From contig NC_043016.1 of assembly GCF_006345805.1 (NCBI RefSeq), positions 14,198,001 to 14,262,000 of the forward strand: a DNA stretch of 64,000 bases, given 5' to 3'. Source of the DNA: Octopus sinensis. Taxonomy: Eukaryota. The notes beneath the pieces were generated by a model. It was given only the letters and a program-made list of their open reading frames with translations. It searched no databases and had not been told where the DNA came from. The position numbers and the translations under genes were made by a program. Shown here piece by piece: positions 48,845 through 62,937 of this stretch. The stretch's first letter is position 1; each line of letters opens with the position of its first letter.

Positions 48845-49335
48845 ATATGGGCGGGTTTTCTCTAGAACTTCATATCGCCAGATATCTTTGTCTATTGTCA
48901 TTTCTCCCATAAGCCCTACCACCCTGAGATTGGTCCTCGTCACTTCATCCCATGTCTTCCTGGGTCTCCCTCTTCTGCAGGTACCATCCACAGTGACCAG
49001 AACTTCTTTATACAGCTGTCCTCGTTCATAAGCATCACATGTCCAAACCAATGTAGTCTCCGCTCTTGCATAGTGCATTTGATTCCCTCTTATGCCCAAC
49101 TTTTCTCTCAACACATTTGCACTTTGCTCAATGTGCAGCATCAGTGTGCATGAATGACAGAGCATACTGCCCCCATTCCTCTCTAGTCTATGCATGTCAT
49201 CTTCATTCACAGCCCATGTCTCACTACCATGGAGTATAGCTGTTCATACACAAGCATCATACAATCTACCTATCACTTCTGCCAACAGAAGTAATAGGTC
49301 TCTGAACTTCCTTCATCCTATTCTTATTCTAGTGT
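48845..49335 (-). mobile_element. RTE LINE C-terminal fragment
   Basis: GRLYDACV..GSETWAVNEDDMHRLERN..VDGTCRRGRPRKTWDEV. Confidence 0.8.
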
Positions 49336-49401
49336 TGGGGACATAAACACACCAACATCAGTTGTCAAGCAGTGGGTGGGGGGACAAACAGACATAAAGA
49401 C

Positions 49402-49470
<69 letters not shown>

Positions 49471-49472
<2 letters not shown>

Positions 49473-50140
49473 CGATGGGTAAATTGTCATCGTTTTATAT
49501 TTTTAATTTTGCACGTGGACATTGTTTGTTTTTGATTTTGTTGACTACACAGTATAGTAGGGTCGACTGGGCACTGTCTGTGAGAAAAACAGCACCATGA
49601 TGCAATTCACTCTGCCAGAAATTTGAAAACATGCTGCACTGCTTGGCATTCATGCCAGAAGCTCCAATATGAACATTTTAGAGTGTTTGGGTGTCAATTT
49701 GAGGACATGTACTGAGAGTTATAAAAATCATACATCCAGTCAACATCATGGTGTTTCAAGTGATCATTTGTAATGGTGACATTATGCCTCCATTCATCTT
49801 CCCAAACGGTGTCACACTCAAAACAGGGGCCTACATCAAGTGCCTGGAGGAGGTAGTGCTGTCCTGGCTCAAAAGAGTGGCTGTCAGACAATTTCTGCAA
49901 CGACATCACTCCTAACATCTAGCCACCTAACTCCCCAGATTGCAACCCCCTTGATTATTATGTATGGGGCACAGTTAAGCGAGAGACCAACAAAACGCCT
50001 TGTAACACCAAAGATGAACTGAAGGCAAGGATTATGGCAGCATTCACCAACTTAAACAAGGAGACTATCCAGAAGAGTTGCAAGAGATTCTGAAGTTATC
50101 TGGAGGCTGTGGTTGGCGCCAATGGCGATTTTATTGAATA
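49471..50140 (+). mobile_element. Internally deleted Tc1/mariner-superfamily transposon (maT/DD37D-like)
   Basis: GDIMPPFIFP..YIKCLEEVVL..PPNSPDCNPLDYYVWGTV..KDELKARI..LEAVVGANGDFIE. Confidence 0.8.
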
Positions 50141-50571
50141 TATAATATAAATAATATATATATATATGCATATATACATACATATATATGTATATACACA
50201 CGCATATATGGGTACAGGAGGTCAAAAAGATGTAAACAGTATAAAAAACAAGAACATGAAATACAAAAACATGGAAAATGAACTTTTTTTTGCGAACAAC
50301 GAAAGAAAAAATAGTCAGCATGGAAAACAGATGTTAAATGATGATGATGTATGTATATATATATATATACACAATATATATATACATGTATATATACATA
50401 CACACACATATATACATGTATATATACACACGCACATATATACACATGTATATATTTTCACACACACACACATAATATAAAAAATAGAGAAAAAAGATAA
50501 CAAGAAAGAAACAACATGAGGATGTGGTACATGCAAAGTATTAGCAGACACCCAGGGAAGGAAAAAAAGGA

Positions 50572-50608
50572 TGTTTTATATTTCGAGCAAAGCTCTTCTT
50601 CAGAAACA
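50572..50608 (-). ncRNA. Minimal type-I hammerhead ribozyme
   Basis: TGTTT-CTGAAGA-A-GAGC-ttt-GCTC-GAAA-TA-T-A-AAACA; a related degenerate motif lies at 50825-50858. Confidence 0.7.
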
Positions 50609-53600
50609 GGAGACAGAGGAAAGTCCAAGAGAATAGGAAGATGGGGGAAAAAAATTGCCAACAATCCATATGTAGATATATGTATATATCTATACACACA
50701 CACACATATATATAGTCAATTCAAATAAACAAACAATTCCAATGAATGAATAAAAAATGGAAAAACAAACATGAGAATGTGCACAAAAAGCGTATCAGTT
50801 TGACGCTCATTGAAAGGAGAGAGAGTTTAATGATTCGAGCATAGCTCTTCATTGGAAAGGGGAAAGGAAAATGTCCAAGAAGAAGAAATCATCAATGGCC
50901 CACATGTAGCTACATTGCTGAAGTAGAAGCTGTAAGTGTAGACGTAGGTGATGGTTAGTTAGTTAGTTAATTTTTTGGCTCAAAAAGCAAAAAGCAAGGC
51001 CATTTCAGTTTCCGCCTACCAAATCCACTCACAAGGCATTGGTCGGCCTGGGGCTATAGCAGAAGACACTTGCCCAAGATGCCACGTAGTGGGACTGAAC
51101 CTGCAACCATGTGGTTGGTTAGCAAGCTACTTACCACACAGCCACTCCTGCACCTATACCATAGGCTAATTTTAAAACAGATGGTCTCATATGCAGCAAA
51201 GTGGAGGAAATAGCACAAGATAATTTCCTCCAAATGGTTGAATTGCTAAGTACAAGAAGCATAGAAAACAATTCGCACTTTATTTCAGATGCAGTGAAAG
51301 GACACAATTCTATCCAAACACTACTGGAAACTCCTTCCAAGTTCTCCATATTAGGTCCAAACTTTAGAGGAGCTACTCGAAGGGCTTGCACAATGAGAGA
51401 TAGGTTAGGTGAGCTTGCAGAAATGCTAGGGTATAGACAAGTGTGCAAGATTCATGACAGAGGGGTACCACAGACAAGCTCCTTGCAGGCAAGAAATAGG
51501 TGTGTAAATTCTTCTGTCCAGGTAAGTGTGAGGGCATTGGTGAAATTGGTATTCTATTAGCACTACTACTACCACCACTACTACAACTACATCATCATCA
51601 TCATCATCATCACCATCATTTAACATCCATTTTCCATCAAGACATGTGACAAAATGATTAAACTAAAGCTAGTTGTAGGCAAAACAATGTGACAATTATC
51701 TCCACTTACACACCCCATCTATGACTGGTGAATGACCAGAAGGACCGTTTTGTTGAGTTTATCTTGCAGATGACAATTTCATTACAGCTGATCGTTTTAG
51801 TGGACATACTGGACAATAACCACAATGGCTTTTCTAGTGTCCATAGTGGTTATGGATTTGGATAATATGATGAAGGATCAAGGTTCCAAGAGTTCTGCGA
51901 TGCAAATGACCTCACAATATACAATATGAACTTCAGGAAACCACTCAGCCACTTGGTTATTTACCAATATGGTGAACACAAGAACCAGATAGATTTTATT
52001 CTCACCAGAAAGCAGAACAAGCAGATGACTGTAAACCCTAAATTCTTCCCAGATGAAGAATGCATCTCCCAACATAGACTAGTAGTTAGTGATTTCAAAA
52101 TAATGGCTGGTCTACTTTAGCAACAAGATAATTTGGAAGAGGAGGAAGAGCTGGAAGTGGAAAGATTCAAATTCCTCTGTTAGTCATATATTCAGATAGT
52201 GGAGATAAAGACTCGCAGAGTAAAATTGGCAGAGAACAATCTGCTAATGACTACAGGCTAGACTTGTGAGAAGATTCTGCAGGTTTCGTCATGTGGTGCA
52301 GATAGATGCTGACAGCTTCATAAAGAAGTACTGTCCAATCAAAGAGGATGGAACTTGTGGAAGAGGGAGACCCAGGAAGACATCGGACAAAGTAATGAAG
52401 TGTAAGGCTCCAGCCAAGCATAGGGTGATGGAATGGAAGGAGCAATACTGTAGACAGTGCTGTAACAGTAAAGAGACAGGCATGGAAAGACAAAGAGAGG
52501 GTGCAATAGAGAAAATTACCAAATTGCTGATAAAGAAACTAACCATTAGATACACATTGAAAGGGGAAAAGCAGAAAAGAAGTTTGCACATTTTTTGCAG
52601 AATGAGGGTCAGAGCTGTGGCATTGCTACACAGTGTGTTAGAGAAAGAGGAAAATTTTGTTGGGGAGAAGTGTGTAAAGAATAATAATGGCACAGATGAT
52701 CTTACTGATGCTAAGAAAGGCATGGAAATGCTACTATGAGAGGCTACTGGATGTGGAGAATGCCTGAGATGGATGGAGAGAGAGAGAGAGATGGACAGAC
52801 AAACAGAGCCTACCGCATCTAAACCCTCCCACTACATAGAAGGACTGGTTATCCAAGTTTGCCAGCAGTATGGTAGATTGAGCAATGAAGGGTATGAAGA
52901 TAGCGAAAGCAGTAGAGTCATCAAAGATAGTTGCTGAAATGCTTAAAATATCTAGCAAAATAGGGGACAGGATATTCACTCAAAAATACAAAAGCATTAC
53001 ACCCAATGACCAGCATTGCAGTATAATTGTAAGCTGCATGAAGGGCAGAAGAGAGGCACCAGAGAGAAATAGCTACAAAAGCATCAAACTGTTGAACCTG
53101 TCACAGAAACAGTTATTGGAAAACTTATTAGGAACAGGATAATTCTAGAAAAATGCAGTTCAACTTTGTCCAAGGAAGAGGCACCAGTGATGTGATATTC
53201 TTTGTAAAAAGCTATAGGACAAATACACAAGGAATATGCAACTAACCTAGTGTTTAGTGATCTAGAAAAGGACTTTGACAGAATCCCTCACACCATGATT
53301 TGGTGGTCACAAAATAATTAAGAATAAATGAGTGGTTTGTTAAGGGTCATACAAGCTATGAGTGAAGGAGCAGTCAGCAAGGTGAGGATCAGCAACAAGT
53401 TCAGGGAAGAATTTAGTGTGTAGATAGGGAAGATCAGGGTTCAGTTCTCAGCTCCAGCCTCTATTTGTTATAATCCTCTCAGCCATAACAGTTCCTTAGG
53501 GAACTGTGTACTAATGACTTAGCTCTTGTAGTAAAATCAATAGAACTGAAACTGAAATTCCAAACAGGAAAGCAAAATCTAGAATTGAAACACCTTAACG

Positions 53601-53994
53601 TAAACTTAGCAAAAAACCAAAGTTTTAGTAAGTAGAAAGAAGGATGGAACTGTTACAGGGTCAAGGAAACAACTATTCTCCACTAGCAGGAAAGATGGTA
53701 GAAATTCATAAATTGTGCCCATTGTAAGCAATGGAGACACAAAAGGTGGAGAGGGGTTAAAGGTAGGTTAATAGAGAAGGCAGACTTCAGATGCACCTGT
53801 TGCATCAAGATACTAAGCACTTAGAGTGAACAGGTAATAGATTCTATCAAATGCCCAGATGGATCCCTAGAAATGTTTGATAGTTTTTTGCTACCCAGAT
53901 GAACAAATAAACAGGGGGGGGGGGTTCTGAAAGTTTGGTAGTTAGAACAAGAATGGGCTGGAGAAGGTTTAGGATGCTGACAACAAAGATCTTA

Positions 53995-54225
53995 CAGTTC
54001 TATATTTAAAATTTCGAGTTCGATTCCATGCAGTGACCTGAACAGTAATAATAATAATAATAATAATAAGAACAACATAGAAAAATACCTTGGGAACGAG
54101 AACCCAGGTTCAAAATTTCCCCAAGACCCCTGATGATAGCTGGAGGGTATATCAGCCGAAATGTTGTGTTAGCAACAAACAAGATGAGGACAAATATCCG
54201 TCAAATGTAAATAATGTAAATAATG
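53995..54225 (+). mobile_element. tRNA/hammerhead element, 5'-truncated, with short inverted 3' terminus and 13-bp TSD
   Basis: CAGTTCTATATTTAA (inverted end), B box GAGTTCGATTCC, (AAT)n, hammerhead 54125-54170 (CTGATGA...CAGCC-GAAATGTT); AACAAAGATCTTA at 53982-53994 and 54226-54238. Confidence 0.85.
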
Positions 54226-54523
54226 AACAAAGATCTTATTCTTTAAGGTCAAAGGCAGATTGTACAATGCTGGCATGCAAGATGTACTGCTGCATAGCAG
54301 CAAGACATGGGCCTCGAGGGCAGAAGAAAAGAGGTATACATACATGAGAGGATGTGCCATGATGGTATGCAAGCATGACAAATTATAAATGAACTGGGAG
54401 TCAGACTATGTATAAGAAGAATCAGATGTAGTACGCAAGAGAGAAGACTGCATTGGTCTGAGCATGCAATGTAAATGGAAGATGTCAGCTGCAAGAGGAA
54501 AATGCCAAATTCTCAAAACAAAT

Positions 54524-54911
54524 GTGGAAGCAGTCCGTCAGTTATGACGATGAGGGTTCCGGTTGATCCGACAAACAGAACAGCCTGCTCGTGAAATTAA
54601 CGTGTAAGTGGCTGAGCACTCCACAGACACGTGTACCCTTAACGTAGTTCTCGGAGATATTCAGCGTGACACAGAGAGTGACAAGGCCGGCCCTTTGAAA
54701 TACAGGTACAACAGAAACAGGAAGAAAGAGTGAGAGAAAGTTGTAGCGAAAGAGTACAGCAGGGATCACCACCATCCCCTGCCGGAGCCTCGTGGAGCCT
54801 TTTTAGGTGTTTTCGCTCAATAAACACTCACAACGCCCGGTCTGGGAATCAAAACCGCGATCCTACGACCGCGAGTCCGCTGCCCTAACCACTGGGCCAT
54901 TGCGCCTCCAC
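54524..54911 (-). mobile_element. Young CpG-rich tRNA-derived SINE with 11-bp TSD
   Basis: Head GGAGGCGCAATGGCCCAGTGGTTAGGGC..GGTTTTGATTCCC; TCAAAACAAAT at 54513-54523 and 54913-54923; 3' part shared with 36050-36190. Confidence 0.85.
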
Positions 54912-56289
54912 TTCAAAACAAATAGCACCTGTTGGAAAGGAAGAGCAAGGAAAGTGAGGATGAGGTGGTGAAAAATAAGAAAATGATTGGAGACCATGCT
55001 GGTTGGTGATACATGGTACTGCAGAAGACCTATGCTAAGCCAACAAGCATAGAACATGCACCCCGCTTTGTTGTGCCTATTCTATACCCTTTGGACAAAT
55101 ATTACCATGCATCTCCACCCATTTGTTGTCCACTCCATAGCCCCCTCATCCCACTACTACCCTCTGTTCTACCTATTCAGTACTCTTTCATCATGCCATG
55201 CCACATATAACTGATAGGAAAATGGTTGATTTGTGCATACCGAATATCACCTATTCCCAAACTTTCTCCACCTATACCCTGCTGCCCCTCTTTCCTCCCA
55301 AATCATAAGTCATGATGCCAGAATAAGAAGGGATTGCAATAGAGCAACCTTTACCTACCTTTCCCAATTCTCTTGTCACAATGATCCCTTGGACGTCTTA
55401 CCTTGAGGACATAGCCTGGCCCCACTCATCATCATCAAATCTACCTCTCCTTTATCTATCACTCTAACCACCCATATATAATGTAGGGTAGCTCTAACTC
55501 TTGTCCAATTCAATCTTCTCGCACTCCTTCTTCACTGCTGATGTAGATTAGCGTAACCCTGTCCCATCACCAACCCTTTAATGTTACTTTTCATTTCCTT
55601 CCTCTTACCTCCACTCCTTTCCCAGTATTAAACCCAAGTAATTCCAATCACAATTGTTTTGGACCCTAACAAATCATTCAACCCATGCTGGCAAAGCAGA
55701 CAGGCTGACCCACCCCACCACTGAATCAACCTACTCAACCCATTACCATACTGTCCCCCACCCCTTTCTCTGACCCCTCTAATTCCACCCCAAACTATTC
55801 CATCTCTTATTCCACTCATTATTATCCTCCCACAATAAACCGGTTTCTTTCCATCATAGGAGACTCCTTTTTTGCTATACAAGTGACCCCAACAGAGCTG
55901 GTACCACAAAAAACACCCAGTTTATTCTAAGTGTTTGGTAATCAATCTGAACAGCTATAATACATGTCTTTTGTCAAACCATTGTTATAGGGATGTAAAC
56001 AAACCAACACTGGTTAAGCAATGGTGAGAGACAAACACACACACACAAACCACAGGCTTTTGAGTTTGTGTCAACTCACAAGGTTTTGGTTGGCTTGGGG
56101 TTATAGTAAGTAGCATGGCAACCTTTACCACCCAGTACATTCTGTAAAGTGGTTAGTGTCACGAAGGGCAACCAGTCATAGAAACCATGCCAAACAAGAG
56201 ACATTACAGTACAATGGGATACCCTTACACATTGAATCCACCCAGACCGTCCTAGGCATGACAATTTGGAAAGTAGGTATAAAGTGATG

Positions 56290-56339
56290 ATGATATATAT
56301 GTGTATACATGTGTGTGTGTACATATACACACATATGTG

Positions 56340-56395
<56 letters not shown>

Positions 56396-56449
56396 TACAT
56401 ATATATATACAAACACATATATATACACACACATTTATGTATGTTTGTG

Positions 56450-56497
<48 letters not shown>

Positions 56498-56523
56498 CAC
56501 ACACACATTTATGTATGTTTGTG

Positions 56524-56577
<54 letters not shown>
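56290..56577. repeat. Compound (TA)/(CATA)/(TG) microsatellite
   Basis: Direct reading. Confidence 0.9.
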
Positions 56578-56579
<2 letters not shown>

Positions 56580-59500
56580 ATGGTTAACACTCAGTGATAA
56601 AGGAGTATTTATCATCAAACCAAGACTACACTTTAAAAAATGTTATGCTCAGTGTTTGGTGGGATGTGAAGAGTGTTGTCAAATAGTTAACGTGAAGAAG
56701 TATTGTAATTATTTGGAATCATTGCACAACAATTAGTATGAAAGGGATCCATCCTTGGTCTGTTGTAAATGGTTGTTACTCTTCCACGTATTGCCCAAGT
56801 CATGCAGGAAAAGAGTATAGCATTAAATGTGGAGTTTTTGCATTCTCCTCCTCCTTACTCTCCTGATTAACAGTTCCATTCTGACTATCATCTTTTCGGA
56901 TCATTGCAACATTATTTAGAAAAAGAAAAATTTATTATTCTTTCTCTTCTTCAACACCTTTAGAATTTTACACCCAAGAGATCAACAATTGTCAAATAGA
57001 TGGAACTATATTATCAATAATGAGGTTAAGTATTATCTTGAGTCAGTATAACCATCAAGACCATTTGTTTCTTTCCCAGCCTAAAATGCAACAGGACTTT
57101 CTTTCCAACATAACACAGGCACATTAGTGTATATTTCTTTCTCTCCACCCCCAATTCTAGAAATATATACTTATAAATATCTTCATTTATGTAAGTTAAA
57201 AACAACCTCTTTTTTTTTCTCCCTTTTTATATGCTTGGATACAATCTTTTTTTTCCACTCCCTTTACGATAATAATGCATCCCAGTGGCCCATAAAAAGC
57301 ACCTTTCGAGCATGGGGGCTCATGGAGATAATGTGGTCCAAAATGGTGTTGTGGAACTAGCAACAGTGCCTGTGGAATGTAAAAAGTACCTTTTGAGCGC
57401 TGGGCCTTATGAAGGCAATGTCAAATGACTGAGACCTTTGATAATATGCTGTGCTTGAGAAGGAAGATCCATCAAGCCAAATGAAATTGTAATCATGGCA
57501 GATACTGGTGTCACACAACTGGCACCCATGTTGGTGGCACGTAAAAGTGGTTGGCTGGAGTAGCTGACATTAGGAAGGGCATCCAGCCATAGAAACCATG
57601 CCAAATCAGGCTGGAGTCTGGTGCAGCCCCTCAGTTTACCAGCCCTGGTTAAACCATCCAACCCATGCCAGCATGGACAACAGATGTTCAATGATGATGA
57701 TGATGATAAGAACCCAATTCTCATTTTCTCCTCTCGTAAACATTTTGCCACATTCATTCATCAAGTAAGTTCTCTATGTGTATTGAACTTTATATATTAT
57801 GATGTGTAGAATTGTTTTATGTTTCTTATTCATTCACTTAACAATCCTTGGCTGTCTGCCACACAATTACGCTGCATCAAGCCCATCCAACACACAACTT
57901 GTACTTCAACCTTTCATCCTCTATAATTGCCAGTGTCCTCTCATGGGGGCATGATACAACAACCCCCGCTCTGTCCCACATGAAGATTCTGCACAGAGCC
58001 TAACCAACAATAACAATAAAAATGTAGCAAACACTAAAACAACAACGAAAATAATATCATTAAGTGTGTTTGTTGATAGCAGTTGTAAACATCACTGATG
58101 GTATCTTGTGTGCCCCATGCAGAGAATGAATAAATGATGATAAACTTAATGAAAGGTCAAACATAATTCTGTGAGTAAATCTTATTATTGCAGGCAAACC
58201 ATAACACATGCTTTCATATTCCTTACAGGTTTGGGCATTATCAAACAACAACAAACAGTTTTACCACTGAAAACCTGCCTCCTCTGTCAGTTCCAAAACT
58301 TCAGGGACACAACCATCAATAAAGGCATGCTAAAAGTTAGGTCTTGTGAGATTGTGAAGATGCTGAAGTGGAGACAAGTGGGTGTGTTTCATGTGCAAGT
58401 AGTAAGATGTAAAGATTCCTCAGTTAAACCCCTCACAGGCATGAAACAATACAAATTTTTTCTGGTTAGTTTAAAGAACCTGGAGTAAGCATACTGTAAG
58501 ATGAAAAATGAAATAGATAAGGTTGATGCCAGCGCCGCCTTTGTGCCGGTGGCATGTAAAAAGCACCAATCCGATCGTGGCCGTTGTCAGCCTTGCCTGG
58601 CACATGTGCTGGTGGCACGTAAAAAGCACCCACTACACTCATGGAGTGGTTGGTGTTAGGAAGGGCATCCAGCTGTAGAAACACTGCCAGATCAGACTGA
58701 GGCCTGGTGCAGCCTTCTGGCTTCCCAGATCCCCAGTCGAACCGTCCAACCCATGCTAGCATGGAGAACAGATGTTAAATGAAGTAGATAAGGTAGTCAC
58801 AACATATTAATAGGATAATTAAGCTGATACTGGTCAAAGATAACTAAACAGCAACATTCATTTCTGCACAGGTATGCTCCACAGGTATGGTTGACAGACA
58901 AACAGGAGAGTTTTAAGAGACCTTTCTTCAGCTACCTAAACAATGATCCACAACCACCTCATTACCATGGAAGGTAGTTCAACAGACAAGTTGGTCAACA
59001 CAATGATAACTTCTGTGATATCTAAGGAGGTCATGTATATAGTTCAAGAAATGAGGTGGTCAGGTGTAAGCATCTGGATTTCTGTGATGCAACTTGATCA
59101 AACAATTTGCAACACACACTTGAAGAAACCAACCAACCACCCCATGACCTACTAGTCTGGTGAATACACAAGTCAAATAAATTACATTCTCCCCAGGAAA
59201 TGGGATAGCCAAGCAAATGTAAATACCAAGACCTTTCCTGGTGGAGAAAGCACTCCCCAACATGGATTAGTGGCCAGTGACTTCAAAGTTCAGAGCTAAG
59301 CAAACAGAGACAGAAGATGATATGGAGAAGGAAGCTAAAAGAACCGACAGTGAGTCATAGATTTCGAAAAATTCTGGCACAGATAACTGTAAGAAGGATT
59401 TAAATATGTGAAGTATAGATGACAACTGAAAATTCCAATAAAACAACCTACTTAGGGCTAGAAATCAGACACGGCTGGAGCAGAGTTCCAGCCTTACTGA

Positions 59501-62500
59501 AGGTGATGTAGTGATAAGATGACATGATTGATAGGTTGGGGTGGGATAAAAGCTAAGAAACAAGCTTAGAAGGGTGTAATAGAGAACGTTATCAAAAGGC
59601 TAGAAGAGCAGCTAAGTAATAGGGATATTTTGGCTAAGGGTGAGGTTAAAAGGGACGTGAGGATCAGAGGTGTAAAGTGATAAGGGTCGCTTGACATTGT
59701 GTGAGAGAGAATCGAGATGTCATTGGTGAGAAGTGTATTCAGAATGATGAAGGCACATTCATCCATTGATATTGGGACAAGAAAATGGTATGGAAGTAAT
59801 GCTTATTATTTGAGGCTTTTTGAATGTGGAGAATATGTTGGATAAAGAGAATCTACCTCATGCTGACCATACATAGGAACAAGCAATTCCAATTGATAGC
59901 AGTGATTAAATGATTAAGCTAAAAGAACTGACAGTGAGTCATAGATTTAGAAAAATTCTGGCACGTATAACTGTAAGAAGAAGGATTTAAATATGTGGAG
60001 TATAGATGACAACTGAAAAGTTATTAAAGAGATTAAGGACATATTATAATGGTATGAATAGTAGGTGTGATGGGAAGGTGAGGGGAAGGGAGAAATGGAT
60101 TATTAGTGTGATGAGAAGTCCTGAGAGAATCATTGAAGTAAAGTAATTATAATATAGAATAGCACTCCTTCGTAAACTACCCTGTCACCTTTCCCTCCCC
60201 TTTCTCACTAATCATTGACACTAACCTCTTCCCTCTCCCCTGTTTCCTTCCATATTACCTTCCTCTAGGAGTGTCCACTTCCACCTCATTGCTATAAATC
60301 TGTTCCTCTTACCTTCACACATCCCTAGAATCATTGAATCCCTACCCTTGTTCTTTTTTTTTTTCCTGCTGCTTTTGAGGATTCCCATGACTTACTGTCA
60401 CCATCCAATTCCATTATTATGAATTTGAACAGGGAGCTTGTGTGATATTGCATCTTTCATTAGTGGATTCCACAACCATGGATGCCATTCCTCTGGATGT
60501 GTTGCAGTTACTCCCTTCAAAGAGCTTCGTGATCCTCACCACCGATCTTCTATTATTCCTCCACTCAGCATCAATGCAAGAAGCACCATTGACTCAGTTG
60601 AGCTATTCTGCAACCTTCCTTCAATAATAGGAATCAGTTTAGGCCCTGAGTCTTACAAGTTGCAAGGCAATCTTCATTAGTGCTGGTGCCACATAAAATG
60701 CACCCAGTACATTGTAAAGTGGTTGGCATTAGGAAGGGCACCCAGTCATAGAAACTATGCCAAAGCAGACATCAGAGGATGATGCAGTCCTGATTTGCAT
60801 GAATGCATGCATTTGTGTGTGTGTGGTGGGTGGGGTGCATGATCATAATGTTAAGAATTTTGCTTTCTAACTACATGGTACTGGGTTTGGCCCTACTTCA
60901 TGGCACCTTGGGTAAGTATCTTATACTATACCATTTGGCCAACTAAGCCCTTGTGAGCAGATTTGTAAATGGAAATTGTAAGAAGCCCCATTTGTATGTG
61001 TATGTGTGTGTATTTTCATGATACTGCATGATAGTTGTAAAAGAGTGTATATTCATATAAGCATGACTGTGGAGAAATATTGCCTCAAAGTAAGTCTACT
61101 TGATTATGAAAAAGAAAAGCTACTACAAAGGTCATGACATCTGATTCAATAATGCAAATGGCTGTAAACTCTACTGATAGTAGTGCACAGAACTACCAAC
61201 TGTCAAAATATAATAACCCTCCCTCAACCTGTTCAATCACTATGACTCATTTGCTTCTATTATATAGGTGTGTTCCTGTGGACAGGTCCAACTCAGTGTG
61301 CATATTTTAGTGGATTCCAGGTTTAGTCAGCATATAATTTTTTATGAAATTCTGACAAGTCATTTTTAACATGTGTTATGGAAAGAAACTTTACATAGGA
61401 TTTTAAAACTAATCAATAGTTGCAGGAATTATTACATAAGTATGCAAGATTGATTATATTGAATTATGACAAAATAATTGTAAATTGAAGAAGTAAAATG
61501 ATTTGCTTGCTCCATTTTTTTAATATTGGATCGTTTGATCACCTTTGAAAATATGCAGTGCGTGAGAAGACCCAGAAAGCCAAGTGAGACCATAACTTGT
61601 GGCCTATGCCAGGGATGTAACCAGCCCACTTATGCATATCTTTCCTTCATTGGACACTAAACTCTGCTTGCAAAGACCTGTTGAGGCAAGTGAAATCGAA
61701 ATCAAATCAAATTCACAAATTCGATGACTGGCACCCATGCCAGTGGAAGCGCTAAGAGCACCATCTGAGCGTGATCGCTGCCAGAGCAGCTGACTGGCTT
61801 CTGTGCCTGTGACATGTAAAAAGCACTATTCAAATGTGATCGTTACCAATGTTACCTTACTGGCACTTGTGCCAGTAGCACGTGAAAAACATTCGAGTGA
61901 GGTCATTGCCAGTGCCACTGGACTGGCTCCTGTGCAAGTGGCATGTAAAAAACACCACTTGAGCGTAGCTGTTGCCAGTACTGCCTGACTGACCCTCGTG
62001 CTGGTCGCACATAAAAAGCACACACTACACTCTCGGGATGGTTAGCATCAGGAAGGGCATCCAGCTGTAGAAACTCTGCCAGATCAGATTGGAGCCTGGT
62101 ACAGCCATCTGGTTTGCCAGACCTCAGTCAAATGAGAGGTACAATAAAAACAAAGCATAAGATTCTGGAAAATATATCGGTGAATAAGCATATCTGCATT
62201 TTAGAGAATTGTGTATATTAGTGTGCATATATGTTCATGTGCATGTGTGTGCACTTCTGTTATAATTTACTTATTGTGTAAATGTATGTGTATTTGTATG
62301 TATCCTACCACTCTGTGCACAACATTCCTCATAAGTGTGTATGTATATCTGCAGGTGAGCATGCATATGTGAAATCTAGTGTGCAAGCATATATGTGTAT
62401 GTGTGTATGTATGTATGAATGCATTAATGTGAAAGTGTGAGACTGTTGTAAATAACTAACATTTCTTAAAATGTGTGTGTAAGTGTGTTACTGAGCCATT

Positions 62501-62717
62501 TTGATATTCTTATTTAAAAATGGTGACAACTTTTCACCAGTGTTGCAATAATAATGAACAAAATTCTATTTTTGAAAGTTCAAAGAATCAGATTACCTTG
62601 AAATTGTTTTCAAGCATAATAGTTTATGTCCAAAGAGGTCAAAACATTTATCTGTTGACAATGCATAGTTTAGTCTAGAAACAAGAATACATACAAACAA
62701 AATTTATATCTTAGCAA

Positions 62718-62732
62718 TGCATACATACATAC

Positions 62733-62777
<45 letters not shown>

Positions 62778-62880
62778 CACAAATATATATATATATATAT
62801 ATATATACACAAATATATATATATACATACACAAATATATATATATATATATATATACACAAATATATATATATACATAC

Positions 62881-62937
<57 letters not shown>

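Larger units (their letters stand above)
51380..55060 (+). mobile_element. Near full-length, heavily decayed RTE LINE (APE endonuclease plus RT) with nested insertions
   Basis: TMRDRLGELAEML; EFCDANDL..NFRKPLSHLVIY..NQIDFIL..SQHRLVVSDF (EN); DLEKDFDRIP; QGSVLS; Cys finger; RRLHW; interrupted at 53995-54225 and 54524-54911. Confidence 0.85.

Noticed and set aside
62597-62674. Possible 78-nt non-coding exon on the minus strand (ttctag| ... AAG|gtaatc)
   Set aside because: Splice-like signals alone are too common to support an exon
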